NCBI GenBank assembly: GCA_030390025.1
Contig: CM059428.1
Coordinates: 17,174,001-17,238,000, forward strand
Source of the DNA: Squalus acanthias
Lineage: Eukaryota
Direction of reading: 5' to 3'
DNA length: 64,000 nucleotides
In this document: positions 50,701 to 62,700 of the stretch, one piece after another
Layout: each line of letters begins with the position of its first letter
How positions within the stretch are numbered: the stretch's first letter is position 1
Notes under the pieces: generated by a model
What the model saw: the letters and a program-made list of their open reading frames with translations, nothing else
Told to the model about the DNA's origin: nothing
The model's database searches: none
Position numbers and translations under genes: made by a program

Positions 50701-53700
50701 TAGCTGCGTGAAAAATTCTCATCTCCCCCTGCTTCTTGTCAATTACCTTAAATCTGTCTCTTCTGGTTATCGATCTTCCTGCCTGTGGGAACAGTTTCTC
50801 CCTATCTGCTCTGTCAAAATTCCTCAATTTTGAACACCTCTACTAAATCTCCCCATAGCTTTCTGCTTTAAGGAGAACAATCCCAGCTTCTCTAGTATCT
50901 CCACATAACTGAAATCCCTCATCTCTGCTACCATTCTAGTAAATCTCCTCTGCCCCCTCTCCAAGGCCTTGACATCATTCCTAAAGTGTTCACAAAAACA
51001 GTTTTATTTGAAATCACAAGCTTTTGGAGCGCTGCTCCTTCGTCAGGTGAAGTGAATCATTTATTTATAAAGCCAAGGATCCCATATCCTTTTCAACCGC
51101 TGTATCAACTTGTCCTGCCACCTTCAAAGATTTATGTATGTGAACCCCCCAGGTCTCTCTGTTCCTGCACCCCCTTTAAAATTGTACAGTTTGCTGCCTC
51201 TCATTCTTCCTTTTTAAAATGTAGCACTTCACACTTCTCTGCATTAAATTTCATCTGCCATGTGTCTGCCCATTTTACCAGCCTGTCTGTCCTCCTGAAG
51301 TCTGCTTCTCTCCTCTTCATAGTTTACTACATTTCTAGTGGGTGCATTTCAGTCACAATCTGTTAAAGTACCTTTTGATTAGATTATTTCTTTACTTTCT
51401 TGCCTCAAGACTGGACTTCTTAAATACTTAGTAGACCTTCCTGTTTCCACAAATTACAACTCATTCAAGAATGCCACAACTTGTGTCTCCAGTCGCACTA
51501 GGTCCTCATTCTCCTCACCCCTGTGTTTGCCAATTTAAGCTGGTTCCCCACGCTCCACTGATATTGTAAAATCCTAGTCGTTTTCTAAACATGGCCACGA
51601 CCTTGCACCACTCTACAACTCTAATCTTTTTCTCTCTCGCTCGCCTCAAACAACACATTCCTGTTCATTGTGCTTTGCTCCCAAGCACTGAGGGAAAGTT
51701 GCTACTTAAATATAGCAACTCTGGGAGGAGTGAAGCAATAAATGATAGAATTGCACTTGTGTGCTGCTACTGATTTCTGTCTTCAGCAAAATTGCTTTGC
51801 TATGAGGGAAATCTGAGGGAGGATATGACCTTTGTGTAGGATACCCCTCCCCCACAATTCAAAAAGGACTTACATTTCTTGCATTATTGTGAAAGTGCAA
51901 ACTTACTCAACGTAGAGTTCTGTGGTCCCTGAGGCAGTTTAGTGTGGTGGGGGAGGGGAGTTAATGGTAAGTAGACAGTATTAAGACACGTTATTTGCAT
52001 ATGATGAAATCAACATTTTTGCACTTGGCACAAGGTCTGTACTGTAGAATCTTTTTCTGGGAATTTAAGACTTCTGGCTTCATAAATTTAGTACAGCTCA
52101 GTTGATCTGATCTCTTTGTAGGAGTGCCAGTGTTCAAAAGGTGAAAAGTTTAGTTTAACCAGCCTCCAAATTTACTGTGATGCAGACATATTCCATAAGA
52201 TTCTAGGATTTATTGCATCAGTGTTTTAATTCTTTATATAGTGAATGTCTTGAACACCATATGATTTTCCAGGTCAGTAGTATTTTTGAAGAATTAGATA
52301 TTTATGCATTAAAGACATTTCTATTTTTAATTTTATGCAATTTAGCCCATGCATGATGACTACGACCTGAGACAAGAGCAGTTGAACAAAGCATCACTTC
52401 TCTCTTCCAAAAAGTTCTTAGAAAATTTACTTGACAAATTCAATGCCCATGTGGTAAGTCTGTTTCAAATTATGGGCTGGAGCGTCATCATTTTGGTAAT
52501 TACCTGATTAAATTTCAGTGTGCCTTTTAAAATTGGCACATGTTAAAAGTACAAAGATTTTAGTATGTCATAACCTGTTTGTATTGATCGATCATATCTG
52601 AAAATGCTGCTTGGAGCAATTTGTTCAATATTTCCATTTTTAATGCAAATTGTGCATGCTCAAACGTAAGGGTTCATGGTTTTTTTTCTAGTAACTAAAC
52701 TATTTATCCCTCCCATCTCAAAAATGTGCATAATACAATAACATATTTTCTATTGGGGTCTACAAACTCTATGCAAAGGAATCCCACAGGGTCATCAGGT
52801 TTGTGCAAAAAGCTAATCCATCAGGGCTCAGAAGCTTAAAAAATATCAGGCCCAGAAAAGGGAGAGACCTCTTCTACACTCTGGCTTTTGCACTCAGTAT
52901 CACTTCTGTGGGCTCATGATTTGGGAAAGCCTTCCATCCTCCTGCCCAGTTTTCTGTAGCAACCTGCTTTGCGAGCCGAGGCCTGTTCCTGAGCAGCAGA
53001 TTAAATGCAGGGGTCGTGCAAACTGGGTCCCGAGATCCCAAAGCCACTGACGTGGGAAGGGTCCTCAAAAAGCTGCAAAAAGATGCTCAAGAATGCCCTG
53101 CCAGCAAAGAGTTGCAAACTTGTGGGGTTGGTGTCTTTTACAATAGGCAGCTTCACTTCACAACTATCCATAAGTCCATTTGCTTTACTTGTACCCTCAC
53201 ACTCACTGACCTCAACTTGGAAGGAAGTGATGGGATCTGAATGGGGTGGCTGGGGAAAAACAACCAAAGAAACTGAGGACAGAAAGAGATGGGACAGTGA
53301 GAAAAGCAAGAGTGAGATAGCTAAAGAGGAAAAATGTTAATGAAAGAAAAATGCTTGTATGCAATGCTAGGCAGTGCCCAATGTTAACCTTTATTAAAAT
53401 TCGAGAAGTCGCACAGCACCAGGTTATAGTCCAACAGATTTATTTAAAATTACAAGCTTTCGGAGCTGCTGCCCCTTCGTCAGGTAAAGGTACAATTAAA
53501 GCATTGTACCTTTACCTGACGAAGGGGCAACAGCTCCGAAAGCTTGTAATTTTAAATAAATCTGTTGGACTTTAACCTGGTGTTGTGCGACTTCTCATTT
53601 TTGTCCACCCCAGTCCAACACCGGCATCTCCGCATCATGATTATTAAAATTCCATTGGGATCCACAAACTCTTTGCAAAGCAATCTTTTCTTAATTAAAA

Positions 53701-56700
53701 TTCTAGTTAAAAACTTGGTAATTTGGCTCTCGCACTGGCAGTATTAAGCCCTTGCACAGCATTTACCTGATATGCACATGTGTGCGCGCACACATCTGGT
53801 GGCATATGTGCCCACCATGCACATTATAGCAACATATGTAATAGAGACATTCACATTTTTTTACTGACTTTTAAATGAGACACTGATGCTGAAAGATCCA
53901 ATTTTTATTCTGCTTTCGAGTTGTGGTGGGGAAAACAGATAGCTGAATTAAGAAATATAACTTTCTTTTCCACTGAAGGCACTGGCTCGTGCTTTGGTAC
54001 CATTCCATGTGAAATCAGTCTTCTGGTAGCACGCCTTAGTGACTGTTTCTATGTGACTTCATGGTAGCTGTTAGCTGGCTGTTTGACACCCAAAGTCTGC
54101 ACACATGCTTTCGAGCTGGAGTCAAGGATGAGGGATCTCTCATTTTATTTTTTTCCTTGGCCTAAGACCACTGTGGCCAATTGTAGCACCGTTGCCTTCA
54201 TTCCAACTTGGATCAGCTGATCTCAGTGGGGTTTGAATTTGGGATTTTCCTGGCACATTGTTCAGTTCCACACCAGGTGTAGTATTTATTAAGTGAGACA
54301 TGTGCGAGCCTTTTTGTCAATCATTAATGTTAGTCTAGTGCTGTTCTCAGGATGTACAATTATTATTTTCCTGCAGGACCATGGGACAGGTGCACTAGTG
54401 ATCAGTTCCCTTCTGGATTTTCTTACCTTCGCACTCTGTGCTCCGTATAGTGAGACAACTGAAGGACAGCAGTTTGATATGTTGTTAGAAATGGTAGCAG
54501 AAGTTGGAAGAACCCTATTCAAACTTTTCCAGGTATGTCTTTCCCCATGTAAAGATTCGTTTTAAAATTTAACTGTTGCAGCTTCACTCTGAAAAAGGAC
54601 CGAGATAGTCCACTGGATTGAAAAACTGATTTGCATTTCTTAGGGCCACACGTGCTTATTAAGTTGCAAATAATCTAACTCTTAAAATGTGTTTAGGGCA
54701 GCCTCATTCTAGTTACGTGCGTGGATGGCATAAAACTATCGATTTTGGCGTTCAGTGTTTGGTACTATTATTTGTTAAAGGCAAATGGAGTTTAACTAAC
54801 TTGAGTTTTTTGATGAGGCAACAGAGATGGTTAATGAGGGCAATGCGGTCGATGTGGTGTACATGAATTTCCAAAAGGCGTTTGATAAAGTGCCACATAA
54901 TAGGCTTGCCAGCAAAGTTGAAGCCCATGGAATAAAGGACAGTGGCAGCATGGATACGAAATTGGCTAAGTGGCAGGAAGCAGAGATAGTGGTGAACGGT
55001 TGTTTTTCGGACTGGAGGAAGGTATACAGTGGTGTTCCCCAGGGGTCGGTACTAGGGCCACTGCTTTTCTTGAGATATATATTAATGACTTAGACTTAGT
55101 TGTACAGGGCACAATTTCAAAATTTGCAGATGAGACAAAACTGAGGTATAGTGAGGAGGATAGTGATGGACTTCAAGAAGACATAGACAGGCTGGTGGAA
55201 TGGGTGGACACGTGGCAGTTGAAATTTAATGCAGAAAAGTGCGAAGTGATACATTTTGGTAGGAAGGACAAGGAGAGGCGATATAAACTAAAGGGTACAA
55301 TTCTAAAGGGGGTGCATGAACAGAGACACCTGGGGGTATATGTGTACAAATTGTTGAAGGTGGCAGGGCAGGTTGAGAAAGCAGTTTTTAAAAAAAGCAT
55401 ACGGGATCCTGGCCTTCATAAATAGAGGTAGAGTACAAAAACAAGAAAGTTATGAACCTTTATAAAACACTGGTTCGGCCTCAACTGGAGTACTGTGTCC
55501 AATTCTGGACACCACACTTAAGGAATGATGTGAAGGCCTTAGAGAGGGTGCAAAAACGATTTGAGTGGTTCCATGGATGAGGGACTTCAGTTACGTGGAT
55601 AGACTGGAGAAGCTGGGGTTGTTCTCAGAGCAGAGAAGGTTGAGAGGAGATTTGATAGAGGTGTTCAAAATCATGAGGGGTCTGGACAGAGAAGATAGAA
55701 AGTGTTCCCAATGGTAGAAGGGTTGAGAACCAGAGGACACAAATTTAAGGTGATTGGTAGAAGAACCAAAGGCGACATGAGGAAAAACTTTTTTACGCAG
55801 TGAGTGGTTATGATCTGGAATGCACTGCCTGAAAGGGTGATGGAGGCAGACTCTATCGTGGCTACAAAAGGGGATTGGATAAGTACCTGAGAAATTTGCA
55901 GGGCTATGGGGAAAGGGTGGCGGAGTGGGACTGGCTGAAGTGCTCTTGCCGAGAGCCGGCCTGGGCTCGAAGGGCCGAATGGCCTCTTTCTGTGCTGTAA
56001 CATTCTATGATTCTATCTAGCTCACAGATCACAATTCAGCTGAGGGCCACAAAGGCAACTTGTTTCCCATTGCTGCAGAAATATGGTTGCGGTCGAGTCA
56101 CTGAAGTACTGGTAGCTTTACAGGTGTTGGAAATTGCTGACAGATCTAACTTTCTCCATGGATTATGCTACTCTGATGTATAGAGAATTTGGAGCAAGAT
56201 TGCCTACTTTGTTGTGATTCTTGAATAAAAATTCTGAAGTATTGATCCAGTTGGCCCCTGCCAATTCCTTTTGACCTATATGTCTGTGTGTGTGTATATA
56301 ATATATGCACCCTACTAAGTGGGTAATCATTTTCCATAAGTTTCAGGACTCGTGTGTCTGTTTAAAGATGGTGTTTAGGTAATCCATTTTATCTAAACTA
56401 CTTTTCTTTTCATAGCACCCTTCCATGGCTATTGTAAAAGGTGCTGGTTTAGTTATGAAAGCTATTATAGAGGTAAGTGTTGGTGAATCCTTAACTAAGC
56501 TCTACCTCACCACCACCGTCTCTCTCGACCCCTCCACTACCTCTGATTTGTCACGCTGCTTGTCTGGCATCCAGTATTGGATGAGCATAAATTTCCTCCA
56601 ATTATATAGTCGCTGACTCCACCCCCCTCCATGGGCACTGTCTCGGGCTGAACCAGAATGTTTGCAACCTTGGACCTCAGTCCTATTTGACCCTGAGCTC

Positions 56701-59700
56701 AGCTTTCGACCCCATGTCCTCTCCATCACATGGACTGCCAACTTTCACACCTCGACTATCGTCCATTTCTGCCCTGCCTCAGCCCATCTGCTGAAACCCT
56801 CATCCGTGCCTTTATCTCTAGACTCGACTATTCCATTGCTCTCCTGGCCAGCCTCTCACCTTCCACCCTCCATAAGCTTGAGCTTGTCAAAAACTGCTGT
56901 CTGTATCCTAACGTGCATCAAGTGCTGTTGGTCCATCATCCCTGTGCTCACTGACCTACCTTTTGATCCCAGGTCCAGCAATGCCTCGAATTTCAAATTC
57001 TAATCCTTGTGTTCAAATCCGTTCATGGCCTCAACCCTCCCTATCTCTGTACCCTCCCTCCGAGACCTCTGCACACCTCCAATTCTGGCCTCTTGCGTAT
57101 CTCCAATTTTCTTCACTGCACCATTGGAGGCTGTGCTTTCAGCTGCCTAAGCTCTGGAATTCCCTCTCCAAACCCCTCCACCTCTACCTTTCTCTATTTT
57201 AAGACGTTCCTTTAGAACCGATCTCAAGCTTTGGTCACCTGTCCTAATATCTAAGTGGCTCGGTGTCTGATAACGTTCCTGTGAAGCACCTTGGGATGTT
57301 TTACTAGGTTAAAGGTGCTATATAAATGTAAGTTATAGTTTGCTCTGACAGTTTGCATTCTATATATCTCATGAAGTTTCTCTGCATGCATTCATTTACT
57401 AATAATTTCTTAACTTTTTAATTTGTTCTGGTTTTTGAACTCTTCAGTATGAGAATTTTGTCCCCTTAAAAGTTGAAAACATATTCCATACATCACCTGA
57501 TTGGTTCCTTCTCTAGGTAGACATTTGGCCCAGTGTACTAATGGTGAGGACAGAGGGGAGCTCGGTTATTTTGCTCAGTCTGCAGAAATTCTCAAACCTA
57601 ATGTACAGCAATCAATGCATCTATAGATGGAAAAACATTCTAGTCATTCATCTCATTAGTCATCAAGCAGGAAGGGAAATTGTTTTCTCCACAGCTGTTG
57701 CCTATACATTGTTACTGGTGATTTGTTCACCAAAACCCTGACACTTGGACATCCTCCCACTTGGGCCTTGCTCTGGAAATCGCAGCTGTTTCTTGGGCAT
57801 CGGTGTCCTTGAGATGGACTGCATGCTGCCAGCAGGAGGCTTGCATCGTTTTGTTCAAGGATAAAGATTTTAGAACTTCATGCCCTGTACTCTGTCCCCG
57901 AATTGTACAATAAGTTCAAGATGATGAATTAAGCAGCTTCTTATAGTGGGTGGGGGGGCGGGGGGGAACTGACTGCTGTTTCTTTATGAACATCTAGCTT
58001 TCACTTTCTGAAACAATACTGACCAACTTCCAGAAATGTAAGAAAACTAATCTGAACTAATACTTGTGCTGGCTGAAAATTTAAACCAATTTACAATAAA
58101 TTCTTCTCTGGTCTGGATTCAAACTAACTTGGAAGGGGAGAGAGTATAATGTTCAGGGACATGTATATAGTGATCTGATTGTAGCAATATAGTTCACCAG
58201 TTCAAATAACATTTATCTTGGAATCATAGAATGTTGCCCTGTATCTGACATGAATGGTTGGTTGATATTGACAGTGGGGGGGGGGGAAAATTGGAAATTT
58301 TAAATTTCTCAACATCGTTGCATCTCACTTTACTGAAAACACATTTACAAACCAAACTTCTTTTATTCCCAACAAGGAAGGTGACAAGGAAATAGCTACA
58401 AAGATGCAGGAACTTGCCTTGAGTGAAGGTGCTCTACCCTGTCATTTGCATACATCAATGTTTACAATTAGTGCAGATCAGCGTATGCTGACTAATAGGT
58501 ATGTATATTTTTTACCAGAGCATTGTTTACTAAACTTCCAGGTTCTTTTATTAAAAAATTATCCAAAAAATTATGGTCTTTCAGGCAATTAAGTAGACAT
58601 TTGGTGGGTCTTTGGACAGCAGAAAATCCAACAGCATTGAATTTGCTGAAACGCATTTTGGTAAGTAATTTTAAATGATCTATGTTTTCCAAACCTTTTT
58701 TGTACACCTTGTAGATTTGTGCTAAACATTCAGCATATCTCGTGTAAACTGAGCCACCGAAGAAGGAAATCACACATCTGCCTCGCTCAGATCAGTTTTG
58801 ACAGAAACCATGCTTTCTCTGGGCTGCATTTGGTTTTGTCTCCAGTCTTGGGGAATGCTATAGTGTTTTTTTTTAGCCTTGATGAAGCTCTATTCAAGAG
58901 ACTTGATCACTGCAGCAGACAGCTATGTTTGGGTCGCAGTGCAGCATTTATAACTCATAGTTTAAGATCACCTTCAAAACTTACTCCAGACTGTTTCAAT
59001 AACATCACCAGTAGGGCCCTGATAATGCAGTTCGGGACAATGTTCTGGCAGGAATATTGCCATTTAATGGGTCCTCTGTTATCTGCCATAATGGAGGACC
59101 CCTGGCTTATACAGCTGATGAAGGATTTGCTTTAAAGCAGTGAGAATCAACAAGGGAGAGTGCAACACTTGATTTAATTTTAGTTGATGAGGGGGTATTA
59201 GTAAATGAAGCAATAATGCGGGATCATCTTTGGTAAAGTGACCATATCTAGAATGCAAATACAAAAATACAGCTTCTCTGGAAGGTTCCTGTGATTGCAA
59301 AGTAGCTCAAGAAATCCAAGCATACCGAAAGCCAGAAATTGCATAATATAAAGGTGAGTGATACTCCATTGGGAACTGTCGATATCTGGCCAGAAGATTG
59401 GTAGCAAAATAGTGAAATACTTCACCACTAGAGAGCTGCACTCCGCAAAGCTTCAAGAGCTGCTTGGAGGTTCAGTGATCAGATAAACAAAGGGAGTAAG
59501 GATCTGAGGAACCAACCAACTGTTCTTTTTGGCACTAAAAGGACAGTGGCTGCAGAAAATTTGTGTTTTAATAAAGCACGACACCGGAGAGACGGTGAGA
59601 GGCACTAAGCTGTAAGAGAAGCTCCTGTGTGAACAGATAATAAAGGGGTTCACTAAGGCAAAGCATTATTTAAAAAATACATATAGGAAGCAAAAATTAG

Positions 59701-62700
59701 TGATGATAGAAAGCAATAAAATCAAAAATGAGTAAGTTCAACTAAAGGGCAAATGGGGAAAAAATAGACTGACAGCAGCATAAGAGGGAAAGAAAATAAA
59801 GGTGGAGGCCATGAAAGAGATTTGCTGTAGAATGGTCACGAACAAGACAGACAGATGAGTGAAAAGATACAATAATTATCTCCTCAGTAAGCTTAAATAA
59901 ATGGTCTTGGCAAGGTACAGGAATTTACACGGGTGGACAAAAATGAGGGGATTTTAGGTTTGCTATATAGTGTTACTCTTGGTCGGTGAGCTATCTCACA
60001 GGTCAGTGAAATGGTCAGGCTAACCTTAGACTTAGAGTAACATCAGGGAGTGGAGCTGGAGACTAATATAACCAAGGACATGTATGCAGTCAACTGCTGA
60101 GGGAAGCCAAGGTAAATGGAGACACTGGATTAAATTTGGGGCAAGATTAAGAATGCCTGTGAAGCTACCCATGAAATCACCGTAACAGACACTGTCCAGT
60201 GTTACTGAAAGAAACTGGGTCCTGGAAGAAAAGGTTACTGCAAAGGACAGCTTAGACAAAGACCATGGCAGTCAAAGGTCTCGGTCACAGAGACTGTAAT
60301 TGTAAGGGATTCTTTCCTCAGGGAAAGCAGGTATATGTGTGGTAGACAGTTCACCAACCTTGCCATTGCAAGTTGCACTCCAGCAACTTGCCAAGGATCT
60401 TTGGTAATACCTCTCAAACCTGTGACATTTTCCACCTAGCGGGACAAAGGCAGCAGGTGCATGGGAATACCATTACCTCCAAGTCACGCAGCATCCTGAC
60501 TTGGACATGTATCGCTGTTCCTTCACCGCTGCGTCAAAATCCTGGAGCTCCCTACCTAGCAGCATTGTGAGTGCCTTCACCGCATGGACTGCAGCGGATC
60601 AAGCAGGTGGTTCACAAGCACCAGCTCAGGGCAACTAAGGGTGGGCAATATATGCCGGCTTTGCTTGCGACAGCTACGTAGCGGGAATTTTTTAAAAAAA
60701 CTGGCTCCAGACCAGTTGGATAGGGTAGAAGGTAGTAAAGCAGATGGGCATGGACGCAAACCGAAAGAGACGTGCATGTACCGGAGACCACAAAATAAGA
60801 CACTGGGAGACATGAGTGGAGGCAAATCTACAATAAGATGTTTATATATGAATGCCAGAACCAGAGGCTATTGTGGCTGTAGCGGATAGCAACGTGGTGG
60901 CAGTATCACAGGTCTAAACACAGAATGGAATTGAATACAATGTTCAGTGGGATAGTGGTCAAAAAATGAGATGGTAGCAGTATAGGTCCGACACCTGGGA
61001 AGTGAATGTAGTTGATCTGTGGGAGGGAGTAAATTACTTAATGAACTACTTTGATTAAAAATCGCATGAAAATTTCCAAGCTAGCACTAGGGGGATGCTA
61101 AAGACCACCCAGTCAACACAAGGAAGAGGACATTTTGCTCTATAAAGAGAATGATAAAGGTGCATGAGATGAGGAAAGTTATTTTAATGGGACCCTTCTA
61201 TCAACAAAATAAACTGGGAAACTTGGAGTGGGTTTGAGTCAGTTGGTAAATGTAATGTATGACTTTGAAGGAGAAGCATTGCCCATCTTGATCTGGTATT
61301 TGTAAATGTCCCAGATAACATAGGAAATGGAAGTTGTAACACTGCTGGGGACAGAATGATCAGGCTTAACCTAATCTGGGGTTCGGCTATAACAGGACTA
61401 GGAGGCAGACATGTAACTTCATCAGAAGAGCTCATCCCAAAAACGAGGAAATGAAAGCAGATGGATTGGAGGAGGGAGTTATAGAGCAAGAGATATGAAA
61501 ATATTGGTAACAGATGACTCAACTCAATGTTCCCCTGTGGTAAAGCAAACAAAATATGCTGCACAGCAAAGGGAAGAGCTGATAAATCAAAACACTTCCA
61601 TGTCTACCTGTTGCACTGCAGGTTTCACATTGCCACTACTGGTTTCTCCTCCTGTCCATGCACGGTCATCTCTGGTGTACCTCAAGTCCATCCTTGGCCC
61701 CTTTTTCACTTATGTACTACCTGTTGATGTCTGGAATCATGGGGTTCATTAACAACAACCAGCTCTAACTCATCGCTGCTTCTGTTGGTTCCTTGGCTGT
61801 TGCCACAGTCTCCACCTGCCAATCTGACATCAAGAGCTGCATGAGCCAAAACTTGCTTCAGCTTTTTGTTTGTAAAACTGAAGTTCTTATTTGGTTCCCC
61901 CCAAACCCCAACACACCTCCAGCCTTAACTCTGTTTACCTCCCTGGCTGCCACCTCAGCTAAGCTCAGTGTGGAATCTTCCACCTACCCTGAGCTCGTCT
62001 TCCTTCCCCATATCTGATTTATTGCCAAGATCTCTACAGCATTATCTCTCCATATGCTGCTGCCAACACCAAATCTATCACTGGCTGGATTGCTCCTTGC
62101 AGGACACCCTGCTTCCATAGTCAACAGAAAGTCATCCCGAATGCCACAGCCAGTGCCCTCACCTGAACTAAGGGGCAAACCAATCAGTCTCTTTGTCCCT
62201 TTCCATTGTTTTCCTCTGTCCCAGAGAATCAACTTAGATTTTTATCTTCTTCAAATTTCTCTATGGCCTCTCATCTCTCTGATCTCCTCCATCGTTGGGG
62301 CATTTTCAAATAGAGGCAATGCTAGTTTTATCTGTTTTTTTGAAATCTTATTTGAAGTAGTAAGTCCTCGCCTTGGTGTAGAAATCGAGTTAGCAGCTGA
62401 AATGTTTTCTAAAAAAAACCTGGTGATTTGATTAATTCCTCCTTTATTGCTGGATGTAGCTGCTTACGTTTACTTTGTTTTCACATGCCCTGAGTTATTC
62501 CTCATATTTGTTTTTTATTTCCTTTCCTTATATTTGATTCCTACATTTCCCCCATCTTGTGATCTCATTGTAGTAACCTACACAATTGGCTCAAATTTTG
62601 TATTCATAAAAATGTCTAGTCTTTTCTGTTGAACAATGTAGCTTGGTACTGTGCTCTAGAAGAGATTTGACATTTCAGGTTTGGTGGAAACCCTGGTTTC

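Larger units (their letters stand above)
53403..53640 (+). mobile_element. Fold-back mini-element, family 2, hammerheads on both strands
   Basis: 94-bp arms 53403-53496 / 53503-53596 with a 6-nt loop and about 3 mismatches; 12-bp TSD TTATTAAAATTC at 53391 and 53641. Confidence 0.85.
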
